DNA of 63,980 nucleotides, the filler included, from Pelomyxa schiedti (lineage: Eukaryota; Protista; Evosea), in the NCBI GenBank assembly GCA_020536535.1. It is 5 parts of 5 records of this genome, joined end to end, with 100 filler letters (N's around TTAATTAATTAA, not from the genome) between each part and the next. Parts side by side here need not be neighbours in the genome. Positions count along the whole stretch, not along the records: positions 40,968 to 56,007 come from JAHLWZ010000108.1; positions 56,108 to 59,203 come from JAHLWZ010001827.1; positions 59,304 to 63,980 come from JAHLWZ010001568.1; 2 more parts are not named here. One strand, written 5' to 3'. Made by a program: the position numbers and the translations under genes. Below the pieces are notes generated by a model. It saw nothing but the letters and a program-made list of their open reading frames with translations, was not told the origin of the DNA and made no database searches. How positions within the stretch are numbered: the stretch's first letter is position 1; each line of letters opens with the position of its first letter. Shown here piece after piece: positions 52,853-63,980 of the stretch.

Positions 52853-54584
52853 ACAAAGTAAAAAAAAAATAATAAAATTTTTTCCCAAGCAATTCTTTCT
52901 TTCTTTCTTTTTTTGCCGCAGCACCAGGGGTGCTACATGTCTCAGTGTTGATTTTTATTTTGGGTCTGCTGAAAATGTCAAAAAATGTTCGGGAGGGGTC
53001 TGCGGGAGAGCGAGACGGGGAATCAGCAGACCCCTCATGGTTCCCCCTGCTGATTTTTATTTTCTATTTTTCTTTTTCCCAGGGGAGCGGGGGGCTCCCG
53101 TAAGGACCGCGAGTCGCTCCAGGAGGGTCTGCTGAAAATGTCAAAAAATGTTCGGGAGGGGTCTGCGGGAGAGCGAGACGGGGAATCAGCAGACCCCTCA
53201 TGGTTCCCCCTGCTGATTTTTATTTTCTATTTTTCTTTTTCCCAGGGGAGCGGGGGGCTCCCGTAAGGACCGCGAGTCGCTCCAGGAGGGTCTGCTGAAA
53301 ATGTCAAAAAATGTTCGGGAGGGGTCTCTGAACCTATTTTCAAGACCGACGGGCACTTCAAATTTCGCAAAAAAATCGAAAAACGAAGTCGAAAATAAAA
53401 ACGCAAAGGCAAAACGAAAAAGCAAAGTCGAGAGCGAGAACTCGGGCGAGAAATAGGACCGCGAGACCCATGAGGGTCTGCGGAATGAATTTCCATCCGG
53501 GACTGACACTTCAAATTTCGCAAAAAATCGAAAAACGAAGCCGAAAAGAAAAACGCAAAGGCAAAACGAAAACGCAAAGTCGCGAGGAAAATCATTCGGG
53601 AGGGTCTCCCGAAAGGTTCGAGAGGGGTCTGCCGGAGAGCGGGAGGTCCAATCGGCAGACCCCTCATGACTCCCGCTCTTCACAAATTATTCGACTTTGC
53701 GTTTCGGGATCGACTTTACCGCATTCGTTTCGACTTTGTTTTTCGATTTTTTGCGAAATTTGAAGTGTCAGTCCCGGATGGAAATTCATTCCGCAGACCC
53801 TCATGGGTCTCGCGGTCCTATTTCTCGCCCGAGTTCTCGCTCTCGACTTTGCTTTTTCGTTTTGCCTTTGCGTTTTTATTTTCGACTTCGTTTTTCGATT
53901 TTTTTGCGAAATTTGAAGTGCCCGTCGGTCTTGAAAATAGGTTCAGAGACCCCTCCCGAACATTTTTTGACATTTTCAGCAGACCCTCCTGGAGCGACTC
54001 GCGGTCCTTACGGGAGCCCCCCGCTCCCCTGGGAAAAAGAAAAATAGAAAATAAAAATCAGCAGGGGGAACCATGAGGGGTCTGCTGATTCCCCGTCTCG
54101 CTCTCCCGCAGACCCCTCCCGAACATTTTTTGACATTTTCAGCAGACCCTCCTGGAGCGACTCGCGGTCCTTACGGGAGCCCCCCGCTCCCCTGGGAAAA
54201 AGAAAAATAGAAAATAAAAATCAGCAGGGGGAACCATGAGGGGTCTGCTGATTCCCCGTCTCGCTCTCCCGCAGACCCCTCCCGAACATTTTTTGACATT
54301 TTCAGCAGACCCTCCTGGAGCGACTCGCGGTCCTTACGGGAGCCCCCCGCTCCCCTGGGAAAAAGAAAAATAGAAAATAAAAATCAGCAGGGGGAACCAT
54401 GAGGGGTCTGCTGATTCCCCGTCTCGCTCTCCCGCAGACCCCTCCCGAACATTTTTTGACATTTTCAGCAGACCCAAAATAAAAATCAACACTGAGACAT
54501 GTAGCACCCCTGGTGCTGCGGCAAAAAAAGAAAGAAAGAAAGAATTGCTTGGGAAAAAATTTTATTATTTTTTTTTTACTTTGT

Positions 54585-55858
54585 TCACATCTTTTTTGGG
54601 GGTGGCTTGGTGAGGGCAAGCACTGCTGTAGGCCCTGTGTAAGTGATCTCTAGTAGTGTGCGCTTCGCCCATGCCGGTTCTCCCCTCTCCGCAGCCCCCC
54701 GCAGCCATTCCTCGCCAACCTCCGACTCCACAGCCTCGTTCAGGTTCCCCCATCCGCCAAGAACTTCGAAATGCCAGCCTTCTCTTCTGCTGGCTGGCAC
54801 ACAGAACTGCTCATCCCCGTCTCTGTACAGCCAGAAACGGCACCAGCGCTCCTTGATCCCGTCCAGCACCACGTGCCAGCCCCATCCCTCCAGGTGCACG
54901 ACGGTGACCGGCTGCTCCTTCTGTATTTGCCAGAAGTACCACGGTGCCCCACCTCCGGCCAGCGCCACAATCGGGTACTGCCCCACGACTCGCGCTCCAG
55001 CCACCCCGGCAGCGCCACGGGGAAAAATCACCTTGAATCCCTTAGCGAGGGCCTCGTTCAGCAGGTACCCCACCAGCCTTGAGAGGCAATGGTCCATTGG
55101 CATGGCGAGAAAGTCGAACTTCCAGCCGGTCTTTGTCCCAGGCACGAGCGGTTTTTTCGGGAAGCCCTTGTTCATCTCCCTCATGCCATCCAATACACTC
55201 TGGAGGACAATCCCAACGTGCTCCCTGGCCGCGCTCAATGTAATTTTGTCCGACGGCGTGAGTAGCCCCTTCTTGCTGAGTCCCGTTTTTCGAAAGCTGC
55301 ACGATAGGTGTCCAGCCAGCTGAACCTTGAAGAGGTTCCACCCTTTGGCCATCCAGCGCCTCTTTGGCCCCCCTATCTCGCTGCTGTACACCATGAACTC
55401 CTCCCCGAAGACTTGAAGCTGCAAGGTCGTGCTCGCGGGGGTCCCCCAGAGGCGCTGGCAAAATATTTCTTGGAAGTCCATAAATGCCCTGCCGTGGTCC
55501 TTGAGTTGCGCGTCCAGCGTGCGCCACGACTGCCTGTACGGGCTGTCCAGCCCCCTGTGCCTCCTATATGTCCAGAAGGTCCATCTCTCATCCCATTTGG
55601 TCAGCAGCAGCTCCGCCTCGCGGGCCCATTGGTCGAAGATTCGGAGGAGACGCCTGTGCTCCGGCATTTCGTGTTGGGGCTCAGCGGCCCAGCGCCTCTC
55701 CCAATATCGGCCCAAGATCTCGACCCTGGGGTACGGCATAGGCAATGGTCTGATGGGGTCCATGCAGAGCAGTGGCATGGACTGGATGTCGCTGTAGTCG
55801 CCTGGGTGAGCAATGAAATCCCAGAGTACTCGATTGAAGTCTGGCGGGGAGGCTCTGT
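54585..55858 (-). CDS. Identical inverted copy of the terminal exon
   Basis: Same 397-aa translation in the ORF track; reverse complement of 51579-52852. Confidence 0.75.
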
Positions 55859-56107
55859 CTGGTGAGGTGTTGGTGCGGCGGCGTTGGTAAAAAAAAAATA
55901 ATAAAATTTTTTCCCAAGCAATTCTTTCTTTCTTTCTTTTTTTGCCGCAGCACCAGGGGTGCTACATGTCTCAGTGTTGATTTTTATTTTGGGTCTGCTG
56001 AAAATGTNNNNNNNNNNNNNNNNNNNNNNNNNNNNNNNNNNNNNNNNNNNNTTAATTAATTAANNNNNNNNNNNNNNNNNNNNNNNNNNNNNNNNNNNNN
56101 NNNNNNN

Positions 56108-57072
56108 ACATACTGTGATGCGGGCACTGTATTCAGAGGGTATGGACTGTACAAGTCCGTTGGAGAGTTGGTCCAAATCTTCAATTTGATTTTGCATAGA
56201 GGTGTAGAGACCTTCTAAATCGGCGCGGATTTCGGATACACCTTGCCGGGATTCGTGCGAAGGCGAGTCATCACCCTCACCTCCAGTGTGTGGTAAGAAG
56301 CTATTGCTTGTGAGTTCACATTGCATTTGGTGGAATTCTGTTAAGAAGGAAGGGAAGGGAAAAGGATACAATTGTGGAGAAAGGATTTTTGGTGCCGGGG
56401 GATTCAATTCTACAAAAGTCTGCAGTTCTTCAATGTGAAAGGGGTGCATAGAGAATAGCATTAATTAACAATTAAAAAGCAACATTTATTTGTAAAAAAA
56501 AACTGAGAATAACATACCAGTGTTGAATCTAGCTTGGCATCGAGCAATTCCTGTTCATCTGCAATCTGTTGCAGTTCCTACAGTGGGGTCAGGGTTTATC
56601 TTAAGTGAAGCTACAAACCCACATTCAACTCCCGGCTAAACTGATCACTGCACTCACGCACCTCCCCGTGCAACTTATCAATCTGGTTTTTTATCAGAAT
56701 AATTAATCATTGTTGGAGAGAAGCGTGGTTTGCGTGCGTGCAGGCGCCAACCAATTGGCACTCAAACTAACGCGGGTAATGGGTGCACATATTGTTCCCG
56801 CAAGAACAGTAGTAGAAGGCAAGGCATACCAGGGAGGCAGACAAGCACAACAAGTGGTGCAGCTTGTTGACGTTGGCGTTTGCTGTGACCACATCGTCCA
56901 CCGTTTCCCTCACCACCACCACCACCTCCTCCTCCTCCTCCACACCACAACCACCACCACCACTCCCCTGTGCCTGTGCCTGTGCCCGTGCCCCCCTCTC
57001 CTTGTTGTCGTCGTTGTCTCTCATTGCTGTTGGGCGCCCCGCCTCCTCCTCCTCGCCCACTGTGGGCATCAT
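56108..57072 (-). CDS. Multi-exon coiled-coil protein, 3'-truncated; weak resemblance to the Nup62/Nsp1 C-terminal domain
   Basis: Exon-like segments LIKNQIDKLHGEVRECSDQFSRELN|ELQQIADEQELLDAKL and ADLEGLYTSMQNQIEDLDQL; family call is by eye only. Confidence 0.4.
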
Positions 57073-57153
57073 CGTGCCTCGGTGATCACAAGGGACTTAA
57101 TGAAAACTACAAAGCTTCTTTTTTTTTATTGGTGAGTGTGGTGTGATTGATGT

Positions 57154-59181
57154 CTAGGAGATGTGTAAGGGGAGGCGGAAGGAACGTCCGGAAACAATGG
57201 GTTCAAGGTTCTCGCCATCAACACTGACTAGCGGGGATATCTCGCATAGGCTGCTATCTGTGGAGAGGTGGGTGAGGACACCTGGTCGTGTGTGTGTTTG
57301 AGTGGCGGATGAAAGGGTAACGACGAACCGGATGCATCCACTGTGCCGCCGGCTTTCTTGATCCACTCAATGTGAAGAGAGGAAAGGTCAGAGAGGCAAG
57401 TCTCGGGGCAATCGGCGCGGCTTCCACGGGGATTCTTGAGAGGTGAGAACTCGCCCTTGCGTGGCACCTATTCGTGGTGTTGTTAGTGTTAATAGAAGGA
57501 AGAGCGGTAGGTTGGAGCTGATGGGAGTCACCATCAGGCACATCATGTTTTCAGCATATTGGAAGATGTCGAAGATAAACATTTCAGCTTTGTATGCGTT
57601 GGGACCGGGTGGTATTATACTTTCACCCTGTGGGTTCACATAGTCAAGTTTCTTGAAGGCAAGGTGAAACCTGCTGTGTATTAGATACAGAAACGTGTGT
57701 AAAGAGTGAAGCGGCATACGGTAAAGGCTGCAGGGCGTTCTTCCTCAAAAACGGAACTGAAAATACATTGATACATATGTGGGAGGCACTGTACAGCAGT
57801 TGTCCGTTGTCATCCCTGAGAGATCGGGCGGCCGGTGTAATTTCACTGTATTCAGCAACGCCAGGCCTGCCATCCTTCAAACAAACAACGCCAACTTGGG
57901 TACTGTCAGGAGTAAAACCTGAGAAGAGAGGGTACCTGGTTCATCAGCATGTGCTTTTGGTACAACTTTGGCACACACATCAGCAGAGTTACAGTGAACG
58001 AAGCCCATCAAAACGGGATCAACCATCTGGCGACAAAGTCAATTCAGGTGCAACGAAACGGCAATACCTCACCTTGACTACAATGTTATCCACAGAATAT
58101 TGGAACAAGTACTCTACACCCCGTGATTCCAACTCGCTGAGCAATCCAGAGTCCACAAGTGCTATAACTGTGAACAAAAAGATCGAAGGGAAAGTGAAAT
58201 AAAACCTTGATGTACGCCTCCATTACCGTTTGGAGAGATTGCCAGCTTATTCCTCTTTTCTAACAAAATTTTGCCTGTTGCGTCCACTGCCGGAAGCATT
58301 CCTGGTCTGGTTGTGAGAATATGGGAATATTATGGAACGATTAAACAACCTTGCTGGAAGAATCTAACTGAATCCTGTGCGAGACATTCTGAGTCATTGA
58401 ATAGCTGGGAAAAAATAAATCATACAGGAAATAGGCCAAAAAAGTGGCTTCTTGTAAAATAATCAACGGTAGCCTGATGGGTAGCATCACTTGTCATGAC
58501 ACACCAGAGAATCAGTGGTCCAGATGGACAAACAATACCGTGCGCAGCAGCATGAGAGCGGGCCAACTGTGTCATTTTAAGAAGTCTTTCCGCTTGGAGC
58601 TGGAAAAGTGTCTTGTGTGAAGGTAAGCCGACATCTGTTTGATAAACTTAGAATTTGCATGTACACTGTGATTTGACAAGAGTACCGCGCACCATACATT
58701 CCTTTGGGGTGATCAAATCCGAGGCGCGTGCCCTTTGTACAATTAGAATGAAGAAGATTATTGTTGATTTCTTTCTTGGATACCTGGCCACCAGCAACAA
58801 GAAGTACAGCCACTTTGCCAGATGCAATCAAGTCCATTCCCACCTTGCCCCACTCGCTTGCGTGCTCATTCAAGGTGTTTGTGTTGTCATACAGAGGCAC
58901 TATGCGAGGCAGAGGCTTGATGTTGGATGCGTCACATTTGAGCCCTCCGGACGCAACTAAGTGTAAATTTGGTGGTGAATCGACAACATAACAAGCATGC
59001 TGTGTACAAACTTAGATCCTTAAGTCTCTGCACGGTGTCGGGGCGGCACGATGCCTACACGACAAAAAATGCTTAACACCATCGATGGATACGTTCCAAG
59101 ACTCACCATTTGCTCGTCTATACATTGTCTCTCCTCCGGACTGAATACCCCCTCGGGTGCGATCTCGTTTAACATCATCAT
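57154..59181 (-). CDS. UAP1: UDP-N-acetylglucosamine pyrophosphorylase, multi-exon, 5' end possibly cut by contig edge
   Basis: GKVAVLLVAGGQ|GTRLGFDHPKG, TLFQLQAERL, VMTSDATH, FFQQG, SPNGNGG, VAEYSEI, NAYKAEMFIFDIF, EFSPLKN, CEISPLVSVDGENL. Confidence 0.95.
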
Positions 59182-59305
59182 TTTTTCGGAATTGTTGTTT
59201 TTTNNNNNNNNNNNNNNNNNNNNNNNNNNNNNNNNNNNNNNNNNNNNTTAATTAATTAANNNNNNNNNNNNNNNNNNNNNNNNNNNNNNNNNNNNNNNNN
59301 NNNCT

Positions 59306-62300
59306 ATGTCCTGTGGTAGTCAGTCTACTGCAGCGACGGCACGTCGGAAGTTGGCTCCTTGTTCGGTTGCTCTTAGATTGCCTGTTTATGGGCCAGCGGC
59401 TACCCCTTCGCATGTCGCTACCAATCGATCTTGCTCCACACCTTGCGTTGGCCAGCTCTTGTCCACGGCCCCGAGATCTGTTCCAGGCAGCACGCAATTG
59501 ACGTCGCTGATGGCTGTCCGATCTCTACTCATGTCGGGTTTTTCTGGAGCACCTATTCGCTCTCAATCTAGCACCACTGTGGCAGTTGAACCGAAATCGC
59601 TTGGCACTGTTAATACACCCCACACCGATTCCCTCACTGTTATTCCCCAAGAAGAGAGCACTTCCCAAGTCCCCACACTCAGTCAGGACCAAGTCAATTC
59701 TGCACCTCAAGAGCCCCCACAAGATATCAATAAGGTGCCCCCTCTAAGTCGTGAAGAAATTAGACAGTTCAATCTCTGTATCAAGAAGGCAACCGAAGAG
59801 AAAAGTACAGGAGAATTGCAATCTGCTCTTTTATACTACAATAAAGCACTGCTGATACGGCCTGGATATCAGAAATTGATACACAAAATACGTAGCCTTG
59901 AGCTGAAAGTGCAGGACTCTAAAAACAGCAAATCACCTGAAAATGCAATGCCAACAACAGAGATTCCACCTGTCACAATCCATGAAAGAGATATTGAGGA
60001 AAGTGCTAATTCAAATGTTTCCGATAACCTGCAAAACGAACATTTGCCACACTCTCTGGAAACCGACACTGTCCATTTTGGCAATGAGCATACTTCAAAC
60101 AAAACCGTCAGCAATGTTGACCACCCAAATGCCCAGGTTCCTCTCTCTGAAGAACAACTTCTTGAACAGTTATTCCCAGAAGAGTTCCAGTTCTCAATAA
60201 ACTCTAAACCAGTCTCATACAATATACAAGTTGCGGAACCTTGTCCGCTTACAACAAGAGAGGAACTACAGGAAGTGCCATCATTCTCAGTTAAACCCAC
60301 CTCTGAACTTGTTTCGGGCACTGCAGCAATTTCCTCTGACTCTGATGAACATATCCCAGAGCAGAATGTCATTGAACCTGTCCCTGGCTGTTCTTTTGTG
60401 CACGATTTAAGCTCGAAGACATATAAACTAGTGTGTATTTCTGTGGCATATCTTGACCTACTGTTTCATTACCATAGGGAGATGTATTTTCGGTTCCACC
60501 ACGCATTTTTGAAGTGCTATTTTCATACCAAAAGCGGGGTGTAGAGTGGCTTTGGTCTATTCACAACCTGGAGCCTCCTGGAGGATGCTTGGGTGTATGT
60601 TTGCAGCGCCCTAGTTTTTCTTTTTTTTTATCTCCATGATTAGGATGACATGGGACTAGGAAAAACCCTGCAACTCATTGCATTCTTGTCCGGCTTATTT
60701 CTTAACAAATTGATAAAACAAGCTCTTATTGTGTGCCCTCTTAGTGTTATCAATCATTGGGTGTCTGAATTGCATAAATGGTTTCTCCACCCAATTTTTT
60801 TTAACTTAACCTTTTCTACTCAGGGCGCCTCAGATTTCAGTTGGTATTTTCCATGGTTCGAATCCAGCGCAGCGTCTCAAAGAATTCAAGAGGGTTCAAA
60901 AAATGACTGGAATATGTCTCACTACCTATGGAATGCTGTTAACCCAACAGGAAGAGCTGTGCTCTGTGACCTGGGATTATGTTATCTTAGATGAAGGTAG
61001 ATGGTTGGCATGATGAAAAAAAAAAGTTAACCCTTTTTAAGGGCACAAAATCAAAAACTCCAAAACACAGATTTCCAAAGTTGCCCGCCAAATTCCTAGC
61101 ACCAGAAGGATACTGGTTTCTGGAACTCCTATCATGAACAACCTGCAGGTATTCTTTTTTTCCTTCTTTCTATTATGGTTATTGCTGTCAGGAGTTGTGG
61201 TCACTCATGGACTGGGTGTGCCAAGGAAAACTTCTTGGGACTTTAAAAGAATTCAGGAGAACTTATGAGGACCCTATTGTCCAGGTGGGGCTGCCACGCT
61301 TGTTTTTCATTAGGCCTGATTTTCACAGGGAAATGACAAACATGCAACAGAGCTTGCCAAAGGAGTTGGATCCAAACTTGCAGAGTCTCTAAGGAAACTG
61401 ATCCACCCTTATGTTCTTCGAAGAGAAAAAAAAGATGTACTACAAGCTCCACCATCACCTTACCATTTGCCGGAGCCTCCGTCTAGTTCCGAAAAGATGA
61501 TTGAAAAAGCTACTTCCTCACCATCAAAATCTTCACTCAACCAGAGTGGAAAAGTGACTGTGTCTCCTGGTACCACCAAGCTACGCAGACGGTCAGTGAT
61601 TCTAACTGCACGGAAAAATGATTTCATCATTTGGGTGAAAATGAGTGATCAACAAGTCCGTTTGTATAAGGAATTCCTTGGCACGGACGAAATCACAGCG
61701 GTACCTTATACAACACACCTACAACCTTAATTTAATGCATGCAGGTTCTCAGTAGGAGTCGATCTCCTTTGGCTGCACTCACCGTACTTAAGAAAATATG
61801 TGATTCTCCGAATCTTCTGCATGAAGAAATGGTTACAACCTCTACCCTCGATCTGAGGTATAACAACACACTACCGGTTTTGTATTTAGTAATTTAGGCC
61901 TGTAAAGGAGCTTCAAGAAGTGTAGTCCGATAGAAACAAGTGCTAAGATGCGCTGTTTATTCGCACTACTGGAGAACCAAGTACCTTTGGGACACCGCTT
62001 CCTGATTTTCAGTCAGAGTGTTCGCATGCTGGACATTATTGAGAAGGAATTGATCGCCAAAGACTACAAGCTCTGCCGCATTGATGGCAGAATGACAAGC
62101 ACTAGTGAAAGGCAAGCGGTGATAAACGAATTTAACAGGTATCTTGCGTCACCCTAGAGCGTAAATAACTCCCATTGACAGTGATACTGAAATAAATTGC
62201 TTTCTTCTTACCACTCAGGTTGGTGGTCTAGGAATAAACCTTACCTCTGCTGATAGAGTTTGTATAGGTACTCCTAAAACCCCTCCATTGCACTTACAAG

Positions 62301-63634
62301 ATTTACCAGTGGATCCTTCATGGAGTACCATTGACAACCAGGCTGTGGATCGCGTATATAGGATAGGGCAAACTAAGGATGTGGTTATATATCGATTTAT
62401 GACATGCGGTTCAATTGAGGAGAAGATTTACCGCAAGCAAGTGTTTAAGGAATCGCTATTACGTATGACCTTCCAAGACAAGAATCAGTATCGGTATGCA
62501 CGTGTGATGTCTTTGAAGGACTGAAACTTCTTAAGGTATTTCTCTGCTCAAGAACTGAGGGAGCTCTTTACATTCGATGACCCTACCTTTTCCACAACTC
62601 AACAGCAGCTTGCAGCTTTACACTCTAATCGAGTTTCGTATCCAGAACTTGACGAACACCTTGCCTTCCTGCAGTCTCTTCCAGGTTTTTCAGCAAGTCC
62701 CACACCCATCTTACATTAATTAAGTTGTGGCTGGTCTCTCTGACCACGATTTGCTGTTCACCAAGGAGGCAATTGACAATCCGAATTGTGCGGAAGAAGA
62801 AATTAATTCTCTTGTATGATACTATTGTACAAGATTAAGCACTTATATCTTGTCAGATCAGTGAAGCAGAGCAAACACTGAAAGTGAAGTCATCACCGTC
62901 TCGAGGAAAACTTATTACCTCCACAACTAACAGTGAGTAGTATATCCTTGCTTATGGTAGTGCTGAGTGCACTTAGAAAAGAAGGACTCTGTCAATCGGA
63001 AATTGAGCTTTTCCAGTGATGAAGAATTAGCAGTCTCGACTCCCACAGTAGCACAACACAATCACTCTGTAATTATCATTTCAAGCGACGAGGATGCTGA
63101 AGCTTCAGCAACGCCGGTCCCGGGAACAGTGGCAGAAGTACCCGTTGACCTCACTGAACCTGACAACGAGGCGCCTACACCAACACCCGTCGATCTCACT
63201 GAACCCGATGATGAAGCACCTCTGCCTCCATCATTACCAGATGAAGTTGAACAAGGAACCACAACATCACCTTCATCCGAAAAGGCTCAGCCTGTTACCC
63301 CTGACACAGAACCACGAGTTACACCCACCCCGCCGCCGAGTCGTGTTTGTGAAACCCACCTTAGGGAATGCTATCCAATCGCGCCTCAGCATTGCCGATG
63401 CTTTCTATCACCTGAAAATCTTGAAGCATACAACTCCTTGATTGCCAAATCCAGGTTCCCTTTTCTTTCCCTCTTTGTGTGACGAGAATTACCGCTTAAT
63501 CAACCTCTCTCACTAGTATTGAGCGAGGCGGGAAGGAAGAATTGAAATGGCTACTGGCAGCCTTGGAGCTTTGTGACGACGACCTGCAACTGCACAAAAG
63601 AGCGGCGTACCTCGGATTCCTTTTGGGTTTCTGA
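59306..63634 (+). CDS. ERCC6L: SNF2-family DNA translocase PICH/ERCC6L, multi-exon; start uncertain
   Basis: TPR-like ends (QFNLCIKKA…YYNKALLI; YNSLIAKS…LLAALEL), DDMGLGKTLQ, VILDEGHKIKN, SGTPIMNNL, RKNDFIIWV, LIFSQSVRMLDII, LLTTQVGGLGINLTSADRV, DPSWSTIDNQAVDRVYRIGQ. Confidence 0.9.
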
Positions 63635-63697
63635 TGGCACAAAAGCAAACAAAATAGAAATGAAAGCACAAGTTTTTCTGTTTTTTTTGAGGGACCA

Positions 63698-63980
63698 TCA
63701 ACAGTAGGAGTTGTATTTTTCATACATGGACACAGCCACCTCAGTGGAATCACCCACAGTCTGTGTGGAGTAATTCCAGTCATCAAACTGCAATGTCCAA
63801 GCTTGTTCGGCCTCACTGACCAGCTTCATGTACACAGAGTGCTTCCACGTCTGAGGCTTGTCAATGGAGTCTCTCAGGCTGTTAATGAATGTCTGCCACC
63901 GCGTTGTTTGGTAGGTACGGGTCAGGCCTGCCCACATTTTGTACCTGTTTGTGAGGTTGGTGGTTTTAAGCTTAATATGA
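63698..63980 (-). CDS. NAGLU: 3' end of alpha-N-acetylglucosaminidase (GH89)
   Basis: KMWAGLTRTYQTTRWQTFINSL…EQAW…YSTQTVGDSTEVAVSMYEKY matches the NAGLU C-terminal pattern (WAGL..YY.PRW..F…EQ.F…Y…GD…KY). Confidence 0.75.
   Translation of the reverse strand, partial: HIKLKTTNLTNRYKMWAGLTRTYQTTRWQTFINSLRDSIDKPQTWKHSVYMKLVSEAEQAWTLQFDDWNYSTQTVGDSTEVAVSMYEKYNSYC

Larger units (their letters stand above)
50665..53743. repeat. ~885-bp inverted repeats (50665-51550 / 52858-53743) flanking a 1307-bp coding core
   Basis: Mirror coordinates sum to 104408; a second copy of the flank plus the inverted core follows at 53743-56007. Confidence 0.9.

Noticed and set aside
50665-53743. TIR DNA transposon carrying a 397-aa transposase
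   Set aside because: No DDE or tyrosine-recombinase motif and no target-site duplication recognised; the ORF is better explained as the last exon of the spliced gene and the repeats as a fold-back.

Overview
Eukaryotic draft-assembly window made of five scaffolds joined by artificial N-TTAATTAATTAA-N linkers. Short GT-AG introns, hyper-expanded rRNA and a bacterial-type cysteine synthase suggest an anaerobic amoebozoan such as an archamoeba (inference only). (1) 1-22562: rDNA (SSU 3' tip, ITS1, enlarged 5.8S, ITS2, LSU of about 10 kb) assembled as a 21-kb fold-back palindrome whose scrambled centre is probably artefactual. (2) 22663-40867: a Ty3/Gypsy gag-like gene head-to-head with TAP42/IGBP1, two ankyrin-kinase genes, a frameshifted cysteine synthase and an ankyrin-SAM-SAM-U-box gene. 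That last gene holds the most striking signal. A 1.9-kb apparent repeat (36959-38873) parses as 25 consecutive in-frame microexons, 23 of them a single codon. They insert a Gly/Tyr/Asn-rich loop into the ankyrin beta-hairpin, a candidate splicing-based receptor-diversification system. (3) 40968-56007: rDNA-spacer-like DNA with hairpin repeats, tandem repeats and a hidden 10-exon gene with all introns in phase 1, whose last exon is the 397-aa ORF; junctions suggest a circular or tandem unit. (4) 56108-59203: UAP1 and a coiled-coil gene. (5) 59304-63980: PICH/ERCC6L helicase and the 3' end of NAGLU. All splice models are read from sequence alone and need RNA evidence.
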